Positions 1-13,375 of a stretch of DNA of 64,000 nucleotides are shown here, in pieces. The DNA comes from Bispira polyomma (Eukaryota), in contig OZ287761.1 in the NCBI GenBank assembly GCA_965649765.1, positions 3,658,001 through 3,722,000 on the forward strand. Direction: 5' to 3'. The stretch's first letter is position 1; the number at the start of each line of letters is the position of its first letter. The translations under genes and the position numbers were made by a program. The notes beneath the pieces are model-generated. The model had not been told where the DNA came from. It did not search any database and worked only from the letters and a program-made list of their open reading frames with translations.

Positions 1-383
1 GGTGAAAAACTATCACATCAAAACAAATGAAGTCAGTACATAGATATTGATGATTATTCTTGATAAAAATTAGTAAAAAAAACTATTTCTTTACAAAAGG
101 CTTAAGATTTTGGGTTTTAACGTTGTTTTCAACACGTTTTGTGTGATATATCGTGATGATGGGCCGTTCATTGGTGAAAGAAATCAGAACATGCTTAGTT
201 TATCAAGGTTTTTCTGCTCTGCAAACCACCAGCCTCACATATACATACCAGGGCCATGCGAACACTTCATACTTTCGTGAGGACATCTGTCCTTAAAAAA
301 TCATCATAATTTTCCTAGTATGTACAGATAATAGATCTTCTAAGCCTAAGGTACAAGTTTTCATCTTAATAAACGACAAGTAC

Positions 384-518
384 CTGGGATTGCGCTTGTA
401 ATTCAGCCTCAGTTTTAGACATTTCTACATATATTTGTTCCTCCATCGTGGATTCTGTAGAGACTAGGCCGATTTCATCGGGAGATTCAGGTCTTACTTC
501 TTCATGCACGGGTTGAAC
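384..518 (-). CDS. 135-nt repeat exon
   Basis: aag acceptor, CAG|gtactt donor. Confidence 0.85.
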
Positions 519-1024
519 CTTATATACACAGCACAAAAGGTTACAAGGTAAAGGAGTTCGCATACACACAACACAAAACAGTGAAGACGTTAGAACCTTT
601 TATCAGGCTCAGCCTGATATTGTTTTCATTCTAAAAAGGGAGCCGCCATTTTTGAAAACGGCACTGCCATCTTATCAATCGAGGATTGATTGGAAGCAAT
701 CGACCCATCCAAATTATTGTTAGATTCAGGCACAGCCTGTCTGAATATATAGTGGCCATATCAATTGTAGTGTATTTCACACTGTGCACCCGTGTGTTTT
801 TTTTAAAAGACAACTCTTGTTTACACCGGATTCAGTGAATTTCAAGAGGTGAAATGCTCTACATAAGTTTTTCTTGTGGTCTTTTAAAAGATTGGCCCAC
901 TTTATTTTTGTATTAGTCAAACTTTTATTATCCGAATATTTCAACTTTTGAATAATAATAAACGCTTTGAATCTCACCACATTTAACATTTTTATTAAAT
1001 CCCCGTGTTAAAAACGAAATCTAC

Positions 1025-1159
1025 CTGCGTCTCTGCTTGTAATTCAGCCTCAGTTTTGGACATTTCTACAAATATTTGTTCCTCCATGGTAGATTCTGTA
1101 GGAACAAGGCCAATTTCTCCAGGAGATTCGGGTCTAACTTCTTCATGCACGGGTTGGAC
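1025..1159 (-). CDS. 135-nt repeat exon
   Basis: tag acceptor, CAG|gtagat donor. Confidence 0.88.
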
Positions 1160-1644
1160 CTAATATCACACAACACACACACACACACACTATGGTACAC
1201 ACTGAAAACGGGTTAAAACCTTTGATGAAACTGTCGACAAAATCTTCCACATCTTCAATCTGCCCAATTTTACTTTTGCTATTGCTTAATTAGCAGGCCC
1301 AGACATATTAAATTTTCCTAATAATAACATACGTGAAATAAGATATTTCAGCAATCTAGAAGAGCCATGGTTTGTTAATGACTGAGGTGAGATGTTTTTC
1401 ATAGAAGTGGTCATGGTGGCCATCTTGTTTTTTCAAAAGAAGGCTATATTAAGTCACAGGCAACATTTCATAGCAATGAATATATCCAGCAAATTTGAGG
1501 AAGCGAGCCGCAATAGTTGTCCCGCTAGAGTGTAAAATTTCAGATAACAAACAATGGCCTATAACGCTTGTGACCCCTTAAAACTTGCTTATAAATATCT
1601 CATAGATATAATGCCAGTCTAGATGTCATGTTCTTGTTTAGTAC

Positions 1645-1779
1645 CTGAGTCTCAGCGCGTATTTCGGATTCTTGCTGAGATAACTCCACTATAATGTGTT
1701 CTTCCATCGTGGAGTCTGTTGGGACGAGTTCTATCTCACTGGGGGATTCAGGTCTCACTTCTTCATGCACTGGTTGGAC
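1645..1779 (-). CDS. 135-nt repeat exon
   Basis: tag acceptor, CAG|gtacta donor. Confidence 0.88.
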
Positions 1780-2327
1780 CTAACACACAAACACACGCAC
1801 ACAGCACAGCAAGTGTGGTTAATTAAGACGGGGAAGACAAAACGGTTTGGAAGCTAATTAACTTGACTGATTCTCATTACGTTCACACTTTTCAAAATGG
1901 CGGTAAGCATGTAGAATAGAATTGTCCTTTCAAAGGAACTTTTACACAAATGAATTGATAATTTAGGTAGTTTATGACAAAAAGAAGTCGTTTGTAATAA
2001 TTTGGTAAAACATAGGAGCAAAGCCCTCCAATCCACCTATAAAATGTTAAATTGGACTTAGTGATGTCATATAGGTACCGGCAAACTGCAATCAAGCCAG
2101 GGTTTGTAATCAGGTGATGCATTTATCAGGTGATGTATTACTCCATACATTACAAGCTCTATTCAGAAAAGAGTAAATTGGTCAAGGTTTCCTCAAATTT
2201 TTACCTACAAATGGGGAGGATCTTTTAATAGATCGGTTCGATTTTAATACAATAGTGCATCGATCTCAATCTTAACATTATTAAATGCTTCAGAAAAAAA
2301 TAGACCCGCGTTAAAATTGAAATCTAC

Positions 2328-2462
2328 CTGTGTCTCTGCTTGTAATTCGGCCTCAGTTTTGGACATTTCTACAAAGATTTGTTCCTCCATGGTGGATTCT
2401 GTAGGGACAAGGCCAATTTCACCGGGAGATTCAGGTCTAACTTCCTCATGCACGGGTTGAAC
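2328..2462 (-). CDS. 135-nt repeat exon
   Basis: aag acceptor, CAG|gtagat donor. Confidence 0.85.
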
Positions 2463-2961
2463 CTTATATACACAGCACAACAGGTTATAAGGGGAGTTTG
2501 AATACACACAACACAAAACAGTGAAGACGTTAGAACTTTTTATCAGGCTCAGCCTGATATTGTTTTCATTCTTAAAAGGGAGCCGCCATCTTTGAAAACA
2601 ACACTGCCATCTTATCAATCGGGGATTGGTTGGAAGCAATCGACCCATCTAATTTATTGTTATATTCAGGCGCTGCCTGTCAGAATATATAGTAGAACAT
2701 ATCAACGGTAGTGTATTTCAGACTGTGCACCCGTGTGTTTTTTTAAAAGACAACTCTTGTTTACACAGGATTCAGTAAATTTCAAGAGGTGAAATGCTCT
2801 GCATAAGTTTTTCTTTTGGTCTTTTAAAAGATTGACCCACTTTATTTTTGTATTTGTCAAACTTCTATTATCCAAATATTTTAACTTATGAATAATAAAC
2901 GCTTTGAATCTCACCATATTTATCATTTTTATTAGCTCCCCGTGTTAAAAATTAAATCTAC

Positions 2962-3096
2962 CTGCGTCTCTGCTTGTGATTCAGCCTCAGTTTTGGACAT
3001 TTCTACAAAGATATGTTCCTCCATGGTGGATTCTGTAGGGACAAGGCCAATTTCACCGGGAGATTCAGGTCTAACTTCTTCATGCACGGGTTGGAC
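2962..3096 (-). CDS. 135-nt repeat exon
   Basis: tag acceptor, CAG|gtagat donor. Confidence 0.88.
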
Positions 3097-3583
3097 CTAA
3101 TATCACACAACACACACACACACGCTATGATACACACTAGAAACGGGTTAAAACCTGTGATGAAACTGTCGACAAAATCTTCCACATCTTCAATCTGCCC
3201 AATTTTACTTTTGCTATTGCTCAATTAACTACAGGCCCAGATATATTAAACTTCCCTATTGATAATATATGTAAAATAAGATATTTCAGCAACCTAGAAG
3301 AGCCATAGTTTGTTAATGACTGAGGTAAGATGTTTTTCATAGAAGCGGTCATGGTGGCCATCTTGTTTTCTTCAAAAGGAGGCTATATTAAGTCACAGGC
3401 AACATTTCATAGCAATGAATATATCCAGCAAATTTGAGGAAGCGAGCCGCAATAGTTGTCCCGATTGAGTGTAAAATTTCAGATAACAAACAATGGCCTA
3501 TAACGCTTGTGACCCCTTAAAACTTGCTTATAAATATCTCATAGATATAATGCCAGTCTAGATGTCATGTTCTTGTTTAGTAC

Positions 3584-3718
3584 CTGAGTCTCAGCGCGTA
3601 TTTCGGATTCTTGCTGAGATAACTCCACTATAATGTGTTCTTCCATCGTGGAGTCTGTTGGGACGAGTTCTATCTCACTGGGGGATTCAGGTCTCACTTC
3701 TTCATGCACTGGTTGGAC
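3584..3718 (-). CDS. 135-nt repeat exon
   Basis: tag acceptor, CAG|gtacta donor. Confidence 0.88.
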
Positions 3719-4232
3719 CTAACACACAAACACACGCACACAGCACAGCAAGTGTGGTTAATTAAGACGGGGAAGACAAAACGGTTTGGAAGCTAATTAA
3801 CTTGATTGATTCCCATTACGTTCACACTTTTCAAAATGGCGGTAAGCATGTAGTATAGAATTGTCCTTTCAAAGGAACTTTTACGCAAATGAATTGATAA
3901 TTTAGGTAGTTTATGACAGAAAGAAGTGGTTTATAATAATTTGGTAAAACATAGGAGCAAAGTCCCCCAATCCGCCCATAACATGTTAAACTGCAATCAA
4001 GCCAGGGTTTGTAATTAGGTGATGCATTTATCAGGTGATATATTACTCCATAAATTACAAGCTCTATTCAGAAAAGAGTAAATTGGTCAAGGTTTCCTCA
4101 AATTTTTACCTACAAATGGGGAGGGTCTTTTAATAGATCGGTTCGATTTTAATACAATAGTGTATCGATCTCAATCTTAACATTATTAAACGCTTCAGAA
4201 AAAAATAGACCCGCGTTAAAATTAAAGTCTAC

Positions 4233-4367
4233 CTGCGTCTCTGCCTGTAATTCAGCCTCAGTTTTGGACATTTCTACAAAGATTTGTTCTTCCATCGTGG
4301 ATTCTGTAGGGACAAGGCCAATTTCATCAGGAGATTCAGGTCTAACTTCTTCATGCACAGGTTGGAC
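4233..4367 (-). CDS. 135-nt repeat exon
   Basis: tag acceptor, CAG|gtagac donor. Confidence 0.88.
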
Positions 4368-4821
4368 CTAATATCACACAACACACACACACACTATGGT
4401 ACACACTCAAAACGGGTTCAAACCTTGAGAAAACTGTCAATAGTTGACACAAAATTTGGCAAGATGTTACCGCCGCAAACCAATTCTCACTACAAACGGG
4501 TTAAAACCTTTGATAAAACTGTCAAAAAAATAAGACAAAATTTCACACAATTTTCACTGTAAATGATAAATTTGACTTTTCATTTATTTTTGGGGGGCTT
4601 TTGTGTGACATTTTAACATCATTGGTCATATATGTTACTATAAGGAAGAACATCTAGCCATGCCATACATTTGTGGAACATTTTACATAACTACATGAAC
4701 TTTTTGTAGCTCCTATTTATAGCACTGCGCTTGTTTGCTATAAATCCTGAGAATATTTGCGGAATGCTAAGGAATGCAGTTCACAGATATATTCTACCAC
4801 AGTTAAGTTAGACAAGAGTAC

Positions 4822-4956
4822 CTGGGACTCGGCCTTAATTTCCATCTCGGATTTCGACATTTCCACAATAATCTGTTCTTCCATGGTGGTATCCATGGGA
4901 ACGAGGCCAATCTCGCCTGGGGATTCGGGTTGAATCTCTTCATGCACAGGTTGGAC
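4822..4956 (-). CDS. 135-nt repeat exon
   Basis: cag acceptor, CAG|gtactc donor. Confidence 0.88.
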
Positions 4957-6033
4957 CTGATATATGAAAGACACGGCAAAGGGTAGGGAAATATATGATG
5001 AGAGGTGTCACACAGGATTATATACATACAGGAAAAACCCCTTTCAAGTAGAACTCTGTTAAGTAGAGCTGCAAGTCATAGAATGTCAATTGCAGCGATT
5101 ATCGCTGACACACGGACGGATGGACAAAAAGCAAATTTCCACTAATTATAGTGCTGATACATACTACCTCAACTCAGCTATTTTTTTAAAAGTTTTTCAC
5201 CAAATCACTACAATTTAAGTGTAAGATTAACAAAACATTACAATTTTATTAATCTAATTATTTTTTTTCCTCGACAACAATGTGCGGTGGGGTACATACT
5301 AAAACTCAGCAAATAAAGAGTAAAATATACATGATCAAGTCGCCTGGACTCGATGCATAGCCGTATTGGTCACAGTTGACTGATACGTCAATCTCTCAAC
5401 TAATCGTCGCAGCCTGACTGTTAAGTCAAATTACCCATTGGAGATAAATATGTAGTTCCTCCAAGGTATTTTTTATTTGACGAGTCAAAATCCTACTTAA
5501 CATTTGGAGTTACTTTCTCACTTAATATGTGGAGTAGAGAAATGTATAATTAATCAAAATTTATTTTCTTTTTGAAATGTTGAAATCTTGCTTAAGTAGA
5601 AAGTATTTCTCCTGGTTCCTGGAGGTTCGACTTGAAGGGCAATTTGATTGTATAATCTCAAATGTTTACTACAATCTAAACAAACAACACCTTATGTAAG
5701 CAAAGATACTGCGGACACTCGGTTATACAAACACTCGTTTATACAAACACTCAGTTATCTAAACATGTTAGGAATCTTTGAAGTTTGGTAAATCAAACTA
5801 CAGCAGGATCTTTATTGTCCAGACTTGTTGGGAGAGCAAAATTTGGTTCAGAAAAAAATCAATAGAAAAGATGGCAAAAGTGGAAATGAGTTTATAAAAT
5901 GAATATTTGAAGTTTAAAAGTACTGTACACGCAGAAATGCTCCCCAAACAATCAATTTTAACTAGTTTTCACTAATTCGTTGTAAATTGGTCAAATTTAA
6001 TTCCACCTAAAATTTTCTTTTAGATGCTCTTAC

Positions 6034-6168
6034 CTGCGTCTCTGCTTGTAATTCGGCCTCAGTTTTGGACATTTCTACAAATATTTGTTCCTCCATCGTA
6101 GATTCTGTAGGGACAAGGCCGATTTCACCGGGAGATTCGGGTCTAACTTCTTCAAGCACAGGTTGGAC
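6034..6168 (-). CDS. 135-nt repeat exon
   Basis: tag acceptor, CAG|gtaaga donor. Confidence 0.9.
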
Positions 6169-6722
6169 CTAATATCACAGCAAATCAAAAGGGAAATTTG
6201 TACAAGTCTCACCACACAAAAAAACACGGCACACACAAGCCAATAATTAGCTTAGATATTGGGTATAACCGTCACTTTCAACCACGCATCTTGTGTCCTA
6301 TCATGACGGGAGCAGTTCACTGGTGTGGGGAAAAATCAGAACAGGATTGTTGGTCAAGGTTTTGAATCCATGATGATGGTCACTTAAGCGAAGAATTGAG
6401 TTTTGGTGTTTAACATTTAATGTAATCTAATCAATTCCGTAATGGCGCTTAATCTCCGTATTCTAAGGAGCAAAAAATCAGAATCATTTTTCAGTAATTA
6501 TGTTACGATGGACGGAAAAAGGATCATTAACAGGGAGGGAGTCTGTGATGGTAAGACCGATGGTAAGATCACTTTCAAAATGTGTTATATTGTGATGGCC
6601 ATTTGACAGGTTGGGCTGTGTGACACAGGTAGGTCTACACAAGGGATGATTAACTGTTACTATGGCAACGGAGATGTAAATCCTACACTACACTTCACTG
6701 CAACTGACTACCAACTACACAC

Positions 6723-6857
6723 CTGTGTCTCTGCCTTTCTTTCGGCCTCAGTTATAGACATCTCTACAATAATCTGTTCCTCCATCGTGGTATCTGTGGC
6801 GACAAGTTCAATTTCCTCTGGCGATTCAGGTCTGACTTCCTCGTGAACTTGTTGAAC
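6723..6857 (-). CDS. 135-nt repeat exon (45 aa, VQQVHEEVRPESPEE...)
   Basis: tag acceptor, CAG|gtgtgt donor, phase 0. Confidence 0.87.
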
Positions 6858-7955
6858 CTAAATTTACAATGCATTATGGGATATATGATATATTATGGGA
6901 CAAAATGAATGATAAAACCCTTTTTACACTTAAAGTGTACTGTCTTTTGCCTGGATTGTCACAAACTTATAAGGCTTAGTCAATACCAAGGCCAATGACT
7001 TTAGAATGAAGTTTTAGATTTACTTTTCAGTTTTGAACCACTTTAAATCTAACCTTAACTGATTAGAATAACTATCTCGACTTCAGTAGGACTTAAAACT
7101 TAATATGTTAAGATTGTAGAAGTAAAAGCCTGTGAGAGAATACAAAATGTACCTATATTTTTCTACATAAAAACGTAATAAGGGCCCAAAGCGCTAAGTC
7201 TAGATATTGTCCTAAATCTGTTACAAAAGTTTACTGCATAAAAGACAGAATCTTGGCTCAGTTTTTTTGGTGAAAACTGCCGCAGAAAATTATGTCTAGT
7301 TGTATAGAAAAATGCCACTTCCACTGGTTCTGATTATAGAGGGGACTAAGTATGCGTATATTATAGACAAATTTGTTTATTTTTTTAATTGGGATATTTA
7401 ACATCCACTTTAGTACCTGTTGGAAAAGCTGGAGGAAACAATGCATACAGTTGATCAAGGTTCTGCAATGAAACCAGCGACCCACAGTAAGGAACTACCA
7501 CCTTTCTCCCATAGGCATCGATGGGAGTGGAACTCACATGCCCAGAATCTAGATCAATGGATTCGGTTGTTAAATAGACTAAATAGTGATCAGTTGATCT
7601 TCCTCAAGAGGTAATTCAGGTGATTCAGATAGAATCGATTACCCACAATTCATTGCAAAAAATGGAGGGAAAGTCACACAAAAGTTGCACACAGTCAAAT
7701 ATTCAAAATATACACTTAAAACAGAAAATGAACTTGAATATTATCAAATAAACTTGAGCAGTATAGAGTATATATATTAAATGTGTAATACTAAAATCTA
7801 TATCATTGGTAGCCATTTTGAATCTAAAAACCAACTTTTTGCATTTCACAGATCTAGCAAATCCAACAAATCTAGATTGTAATCTAGATTGCACAGATCC
7901 AACAGATTCTCATCTGTGAAATACGCGCAGTATCTCAAAAGTGTGACGTACTAAC

Positions 7956-8015
7956 CTGAGAAGGAGCTTTAGCCTCATACTGTGGCGTCACTAGGTCTGC
8001 ACTGATTGCTTCACC
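7956..8015 (-). CDS. 60-nt exon (GEAISADLVTPQYEAKAPSQ) completing the last repeat of the giant exon
   Basis: ctttag acceptor, CAG|gttagt donor; 25 aa + 20 aa = one 45-aa unit. Confidence 0.8.
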
Positions 8016-8625
8016 CTAAAGAATGGGTTAATAAAAACAATGGGTGTTTTATAATGTGTTCGGAGTAATTGACAACCAAACAAACAACATATAGAAAAAC
8101 ACAACAAAAATCTAAAAATTAAACAAAAAGAAACTAAAGGTGAATATCAATACAAAAAATACACATATCTATAGATAGATTATTGAATATAATAACATTT
8201 AACACTAAGATTTAATATTAATATATTTCTGTCATTAATAATAACATTTATATCATAAAAGACTGTAATTATTACATTTATATATTAAAAAAAATTCTAC
8301 ATTAAAAACATAAAGGAGCTATAATTGTTTTGTTTTTTTAAATACATACAATAGAAATATATGTTAACTAATAAATATACATACAAGTAAATACCTATTT
8401 TAATCAGCGAGGTAAAGAACCTAAAAAACAAAGTATTGGAGGAGGTAATACGGGAAATCTTGGGGTGCATTGCAAATGATATGAAAAACACGAACACACA
8501 CATCTAGATAGGGTAGTTTGGGTGCATCACAAATGAAAGAGAAAAATATATAATATATATACTAAGTGTGTCCAAAAAAAAAATAGAAGAAAAAATTTCA
8601 GCAAAATAATTCCTGAACACACTAC

Positions 8626-11600
8626 CTCTGTTTGTTCTGTTTCTTCGGGTAGTATTTCGCCCTGTAATTCGGACGTCACCTCCTCGACCACCGGTTTGAT
8701 CTTGGTTTCCGTCTGCGATTTCTTCTTTTTCACCTCCAGAGCCACCACTACCTGCTCTTCCTGGGTCATCTCCAGGACAACCTCGCCGATTTCCTGCGGC
8801 ACTTCGGGCTGCACCTGCTCCACGACCGGCTTCACCTTGGTCTCGGCGCGCTTCTCTCTCTCGTGCGCGTCTAACACGACCACAGTTTCCTGTTCTTTTG
8901 TCGTTTCCGTGGCGACCAGACCGATCTCTTCGTGTACTTCCGAAGCCACCGTCTCCACAATCTGCTTGATCTTGGTCTCGGTTTGCGGCCCGCTTTTGGT
9001 TTCCTCCAGTTCGACGGTTATTTGCTGCTCCTCTGTGCTCTCCGTTAGTATATCCTCCAGTTCCTCAGGTATTTCCGTGCTGACTTGCTCTATAACCAGC
9101 CTTACCTGGGTTTCAGTCTGTGGCTTACTCAACGACTCTTCCAAAGCCAAAACCACAGCCTCTTCTTTTGGGATTTCTGTAGCAACAAGTCCGATGTCCC
9201 CAGATTTTTCCGCCATCACTTCTTCCACGACCGCCTTAATCTGCGTCTCAGTTCTGCTTTGCCTCTTGGATTCCTGAAGCGTGACCACAATTTCCTCTTC
9301 TTGGGTTGTCTCAGACGGCACAATCTCTATGTCCATAGGCAATTCTGCTTCTACCTCTTCCACCACAGGAACAATCTGCGTCTCCATCTGGGGTTTTCGA
9401 AGAGATTCGTCGAGGGCCACCACAATTTGCTCTTCCGTACTCGTGTCAGTCGGAATCAGCTCGATATCGCCTGGCAATTCAGACGTGATCTCCTCAACTA
9501 TGGCTTTGACCTTGGTTTCAGTCTGTGGTTTCGTTTCCGAGGCTTCTAACATGACAGTAACCTCTTCCTGTTCCGTGAATTCCGAGGGAACAAGCTCCAA
9601 TTCTACGGGTAGTTCAGATGGTACCTCCTCCACTACTGGCATGATCTGGCTTTCAGCGCCCGGTTTGGTTGTAGACTTGGCCAAAGTGACAGTGACCTGT
9701 TCCTCCTGTGTTGTTTCCATGGCGAAGAGTTCAATCTCATCAGGCATTTCCAGCTGAACTTCTTCAACCACAGGTTTGACCTTGGCTTCCGTTACCGGTT
9801 TGACCTCTGATTCTTCCAGCTGGACGATAACTTGTTCTTGCTCAATGATTTCTGACGGAACAAGCTCGAGAGCAACCGGCGTTTCTGGAGAGATTTCCTC
9901 AACAACCGGCATGATTTGCATCTCTGCCATTGGCTTTTTCATTGATTGTGCGAGTACTACTGCTATTTCTTCTTCCTTGGTCGTTTCCATAGAAATCAGC
10001 TGGATTTCTTCCGAATTCTCTGACTGTATCTCCTCTACAACTGGTTTGACCTTTGTTTCTCTGCCATGCATGACCTCCTTCTCTTCCAAAATGACAACAA
10101 TTTGCTGTTCCTCTGTGGTTTCTGTGGTCACCATTTCGAGGCTTACCGGTGCTTCCGAGGGAATCTCTTCCACTACAGGCATGGTCTGGGTTTGAATGGC
10201 AGGTTTTGTAGAAGATTCTTCCAGTGTTAGAACCACCTGCTGTTCCTCTGTAGTTTCCGTGGGAACCATTTCAAGGCTGAGAGGTGCTTCAGAGGAGATC
10301 TCTTCCACCACTGGCATGGTCTGGGTTTGAATGGCAGGTTTTGTGGAAGATTCCTGCAGTGTTAGAACCACCTGCTGTTCCTCTGTAGTTTCCGTGGGAA
10401 CCATTTCGAGGCTGAGAGGTGCTTCCGAGGGAATCTCTTCCACCACTGGCATGGTCTGGGTTTGAATTGCAGGCACTGTAGAAGATGCGTCCAGTGTAAG
10501 AATCACCTGCTGGTGTTCGGTAGTTTCGGTAGACAATAATGCAATGTCCTCGTGAAGTTCTGGTTCCACTTCCTCTACGACTGGCTTAACCTTTGTTTCC
10601 GTCACAGGCTTTACTTTAGATTCCTCTAGAGATACAACAATCTGTTCTTCGTTGATGCTTTCTGAAGGGACAAATTCAATATCCATCGGTGTTTCGGCCG
10701 GGATTTCTTCAACTACCGGCATTATCTGAGTTTCCATCGGTACTTCCTGGGCGGATTCTTCCAAGATAACCACAATTTCCTGTTCCTCAGTCGTTTCCAT
10801 GGGTAAAAGTTCAATTTGATCAGACACTTCAGTATGAATTTCCTCCACAACCGTCTTCACTTTGGTTTCTAAGGTGGTTTTTACCTTACTCTCTTCTAGC
10901 GTAACAACCACTTCCTGTTCGGTTGTGGATTCCAGCGGTACGAGTTCAATCTCAACCGGCTCTTCAGGTTGGATTTCTTCAACTACTGGTGCAGCCTGAG
11001 ATTCAGTGGCTGGCTTTCTTAGAGATCCCTCAAGCACAACAGTCACCTGTTCTTCTTGTGTAGTTTCAGAGGGTACGATTTCTATTTCGCTATGAAATTC
11101 TGGTTTTACTTCCTCGACGACTGGTTTCACTTTCATTTGTATCTTGGGTTTCGTTTCGGATTCTTCCAATTCGATGACCACGCTTTCTTCCTGAGTGGTT
11201 TCTGTTTGAGCCTGTACTAGTTCCTGTGGTAATTCAGATGTGACCTCTTCCACTACCGCTTTGACCTTGGTCAAGGTCTGCACCTGCCTCTCTGGTACTG
11301 CCATGGCAACTACAATCTCTTCGTCTTGTGTAAATTCCTCAGGAAGTAAAGCAATCTTCTCAGGTGACTCAGATTTGATCTGTTCAACCACTGGTTTCAC
11401 CTGGGTTTCAGTTTTTGGTTGCCTTTTAGATTTTGCGAGATCAGTAGTAATTTCTTGCTCTTCAGTAGCTTCTGTTGCTATGACACCGATCTCCTGTGGC
11501 GATTCGGGACGTATTTCTTCCTCTACCAAGGTCACCTGACTTTCTTCTTTTGGCTTCACCTGCGATTCCACCATTTCAAAGACGGTATCTTTCTCCTCTG

Positions 11601-12678
11601 TGACGTCTGTAACAAACGTGACAATTTCTTCTGGTGACTCGGGTCGGATTTCCTCTTCAACGGGTTTCACTTGGACTTCCATGCGCGAGGTGATTTCTGT
11701 GGTTGCCATTTCCATCTGAGTTTGTTCCTCCTGTGTTTGTTCAGAGGTCACGAGTACAATGTCCTCGTGACTATCCGTACTGACTTCTTCTGTGACAAGT
11801 TCGACCTTGGTCTCCGCTTTGTCCTGGACCTCGGGACAGGGAACCAGCTGTACTTTGATCTCCTCTTCCTTTGTGACATCGGTAAAGGCCTGATTGAAGA
11901 GATCATCCGGCTTCTCCTCAGCCACCTGTTCTTCCACCTGCTGTGTCTGCATTTCCGGCCTCTGCATCTTAGAGTCCACTTCGGACAACTCTACCATGAT
12001 GTCTCCTTCTTGCGTCGTCTCCATGGCGACCAATCCTACGTCTTCGTGAGACTCTTCCAGGACCCTCTCCTCTGTGACTCCAACCATAGTTTCCGGCTTG
12101 ACCTTGACCTCAGGTTGGGAAAGGTCGAGCAGCACTTCCTCCTCGTAGGTTTTTTCTGTGGCTATTTCTGTCACATCCTGTGATATCTCCGAAGGCTGTT
12201 CCTCCTGCACGAGTCCGACGCGGGACGGTTTCTGCTGAGTCACCTCGGGCTGCTGGGTCAACTGCACCTGAATCTCCTCTTGCTGCGTGGATTCAGACGC
12301 AGCAGCACCGTAGTCATGTGACTCCTCGGTAGGATGGTCTTCCTTGACCATGGCCACCCTGGTCACGGTTTTCTGTCTCACCTGAGGCTGGTCAAGTTGA
12401 ACTACGACCTCTCTCTGCTCCGAGAACTCCGTATGTTCGGGACTAACATCCTTGTACAGCTCCGTAGTCTGTTTCTCTTCGATCATCCCGACACGAGACA
12501 CTTCCCTGGACTTCATCTGCTGCTTAGACAGCTGGATAACGATCTCCTGTTCCTCGGTAGTGTCCATGGCTGTGTGGCCGACGTCCATATATGATTCGGT
12601 AGTTTGTTTTTCTTCGACAACGTCGATGCGAGAGGTGGGGCGGATTTGGGTGGTTTGGGTATCAAGCTGGAATTGGAT
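8626..12678 (-). CDS. Giant 4053-nt exon of ~30 tandem 45-aa E/V/T/P/K-rich repeats (PEVK-like/elastic region)
   Basis: 1353-aa ORF extended upstream to a cttccag acceptor; GAG|gtagtg donor; phase 0-0. Confidence 0.92.
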
Positions 12679-13375
12679 CTGGAAGTTTCGAAGACATTAA
12701 TATATATAGGAGGAAACATGCACAGTGGATTGAGAAACAGTTAACCATATGGTCAATCCTCGTATTTTCAGCCTACCTCATATCTTCGGCCCATATCAGG
12801 TTTTTGGTCTTAAATGGGGTCAGGTTATTGTCTGAAAACGAACAGATGCTTTCCCATTGTTGGACTTTTTCAACTGAACCAGTATCAGTTTATTTTATAA
12901 CTTAATTGCCTAAAAAGCAATTGGAACCATTTGTGTTAATTATTGGCTTAATAGGCCGAAAATAGGGTGAACCATCATACATGAAGAAGAAGTTTTACTG
13001 CACCTTATTAGTAAATACTTATGTTTAAAAAAAACATTTTTTCAAAAAATTAATAATAAAAGATTACAAGTTAGTGTATATATGGTTCATAAAATATTGA
13101 CACTGTCCAAAACAAATTTTCAAAGAGTAAAAATATACAGTCTATAATATATTGCTACTAATAAAATCACAAATAGGTATGCTAGAGATATATAACAAAA
13201 TCAACAGAAGTGTAAAATATCGACTACACAAGAGATACAAATCTCCAAATTACACAGAGAAAACATACAATAAATTTTTACATACTCAACTACACAAACA
13301 ATGAACTATGAGAATAATTAGGATTACCATACAATTATGTCGTCAAGAATCAAATATGTCTCAAATTTAATTTTA

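Larger units (their letters stand above)
395..4365. repeat. Tandem segmental duplication, ~1.94-kb unit holding three repeat exons plus introns
   Basis: Exon offsets 1944/1937/1939; long near-identical intron stretches, e.g. 1330-1860 vs 3270-3800. Confidence 0.93.

Noticed and set aside
570-800. ORFs at 631-989 and 2702-2926 as small genes
   Set aside because: They lie in a duplicated intron and overlap a dispersed repeat also seen at ~50810-50995.
8527-8625. Hydrophobic C-terminus of the 1353-aa ORF as a transmembrane anchor
   Set aside because: It is T-rich intron read-through past the 8626 donor; the repeat register continues in exon 7956-8015.
8696-12700. Multiple long plus-strand ORFs (also 30605-32722 and 23493-25196)
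   Set aside because: Antisense shadows of biased-codon minus-strand exons; Ser/Thr low-complexity with no independent signals.
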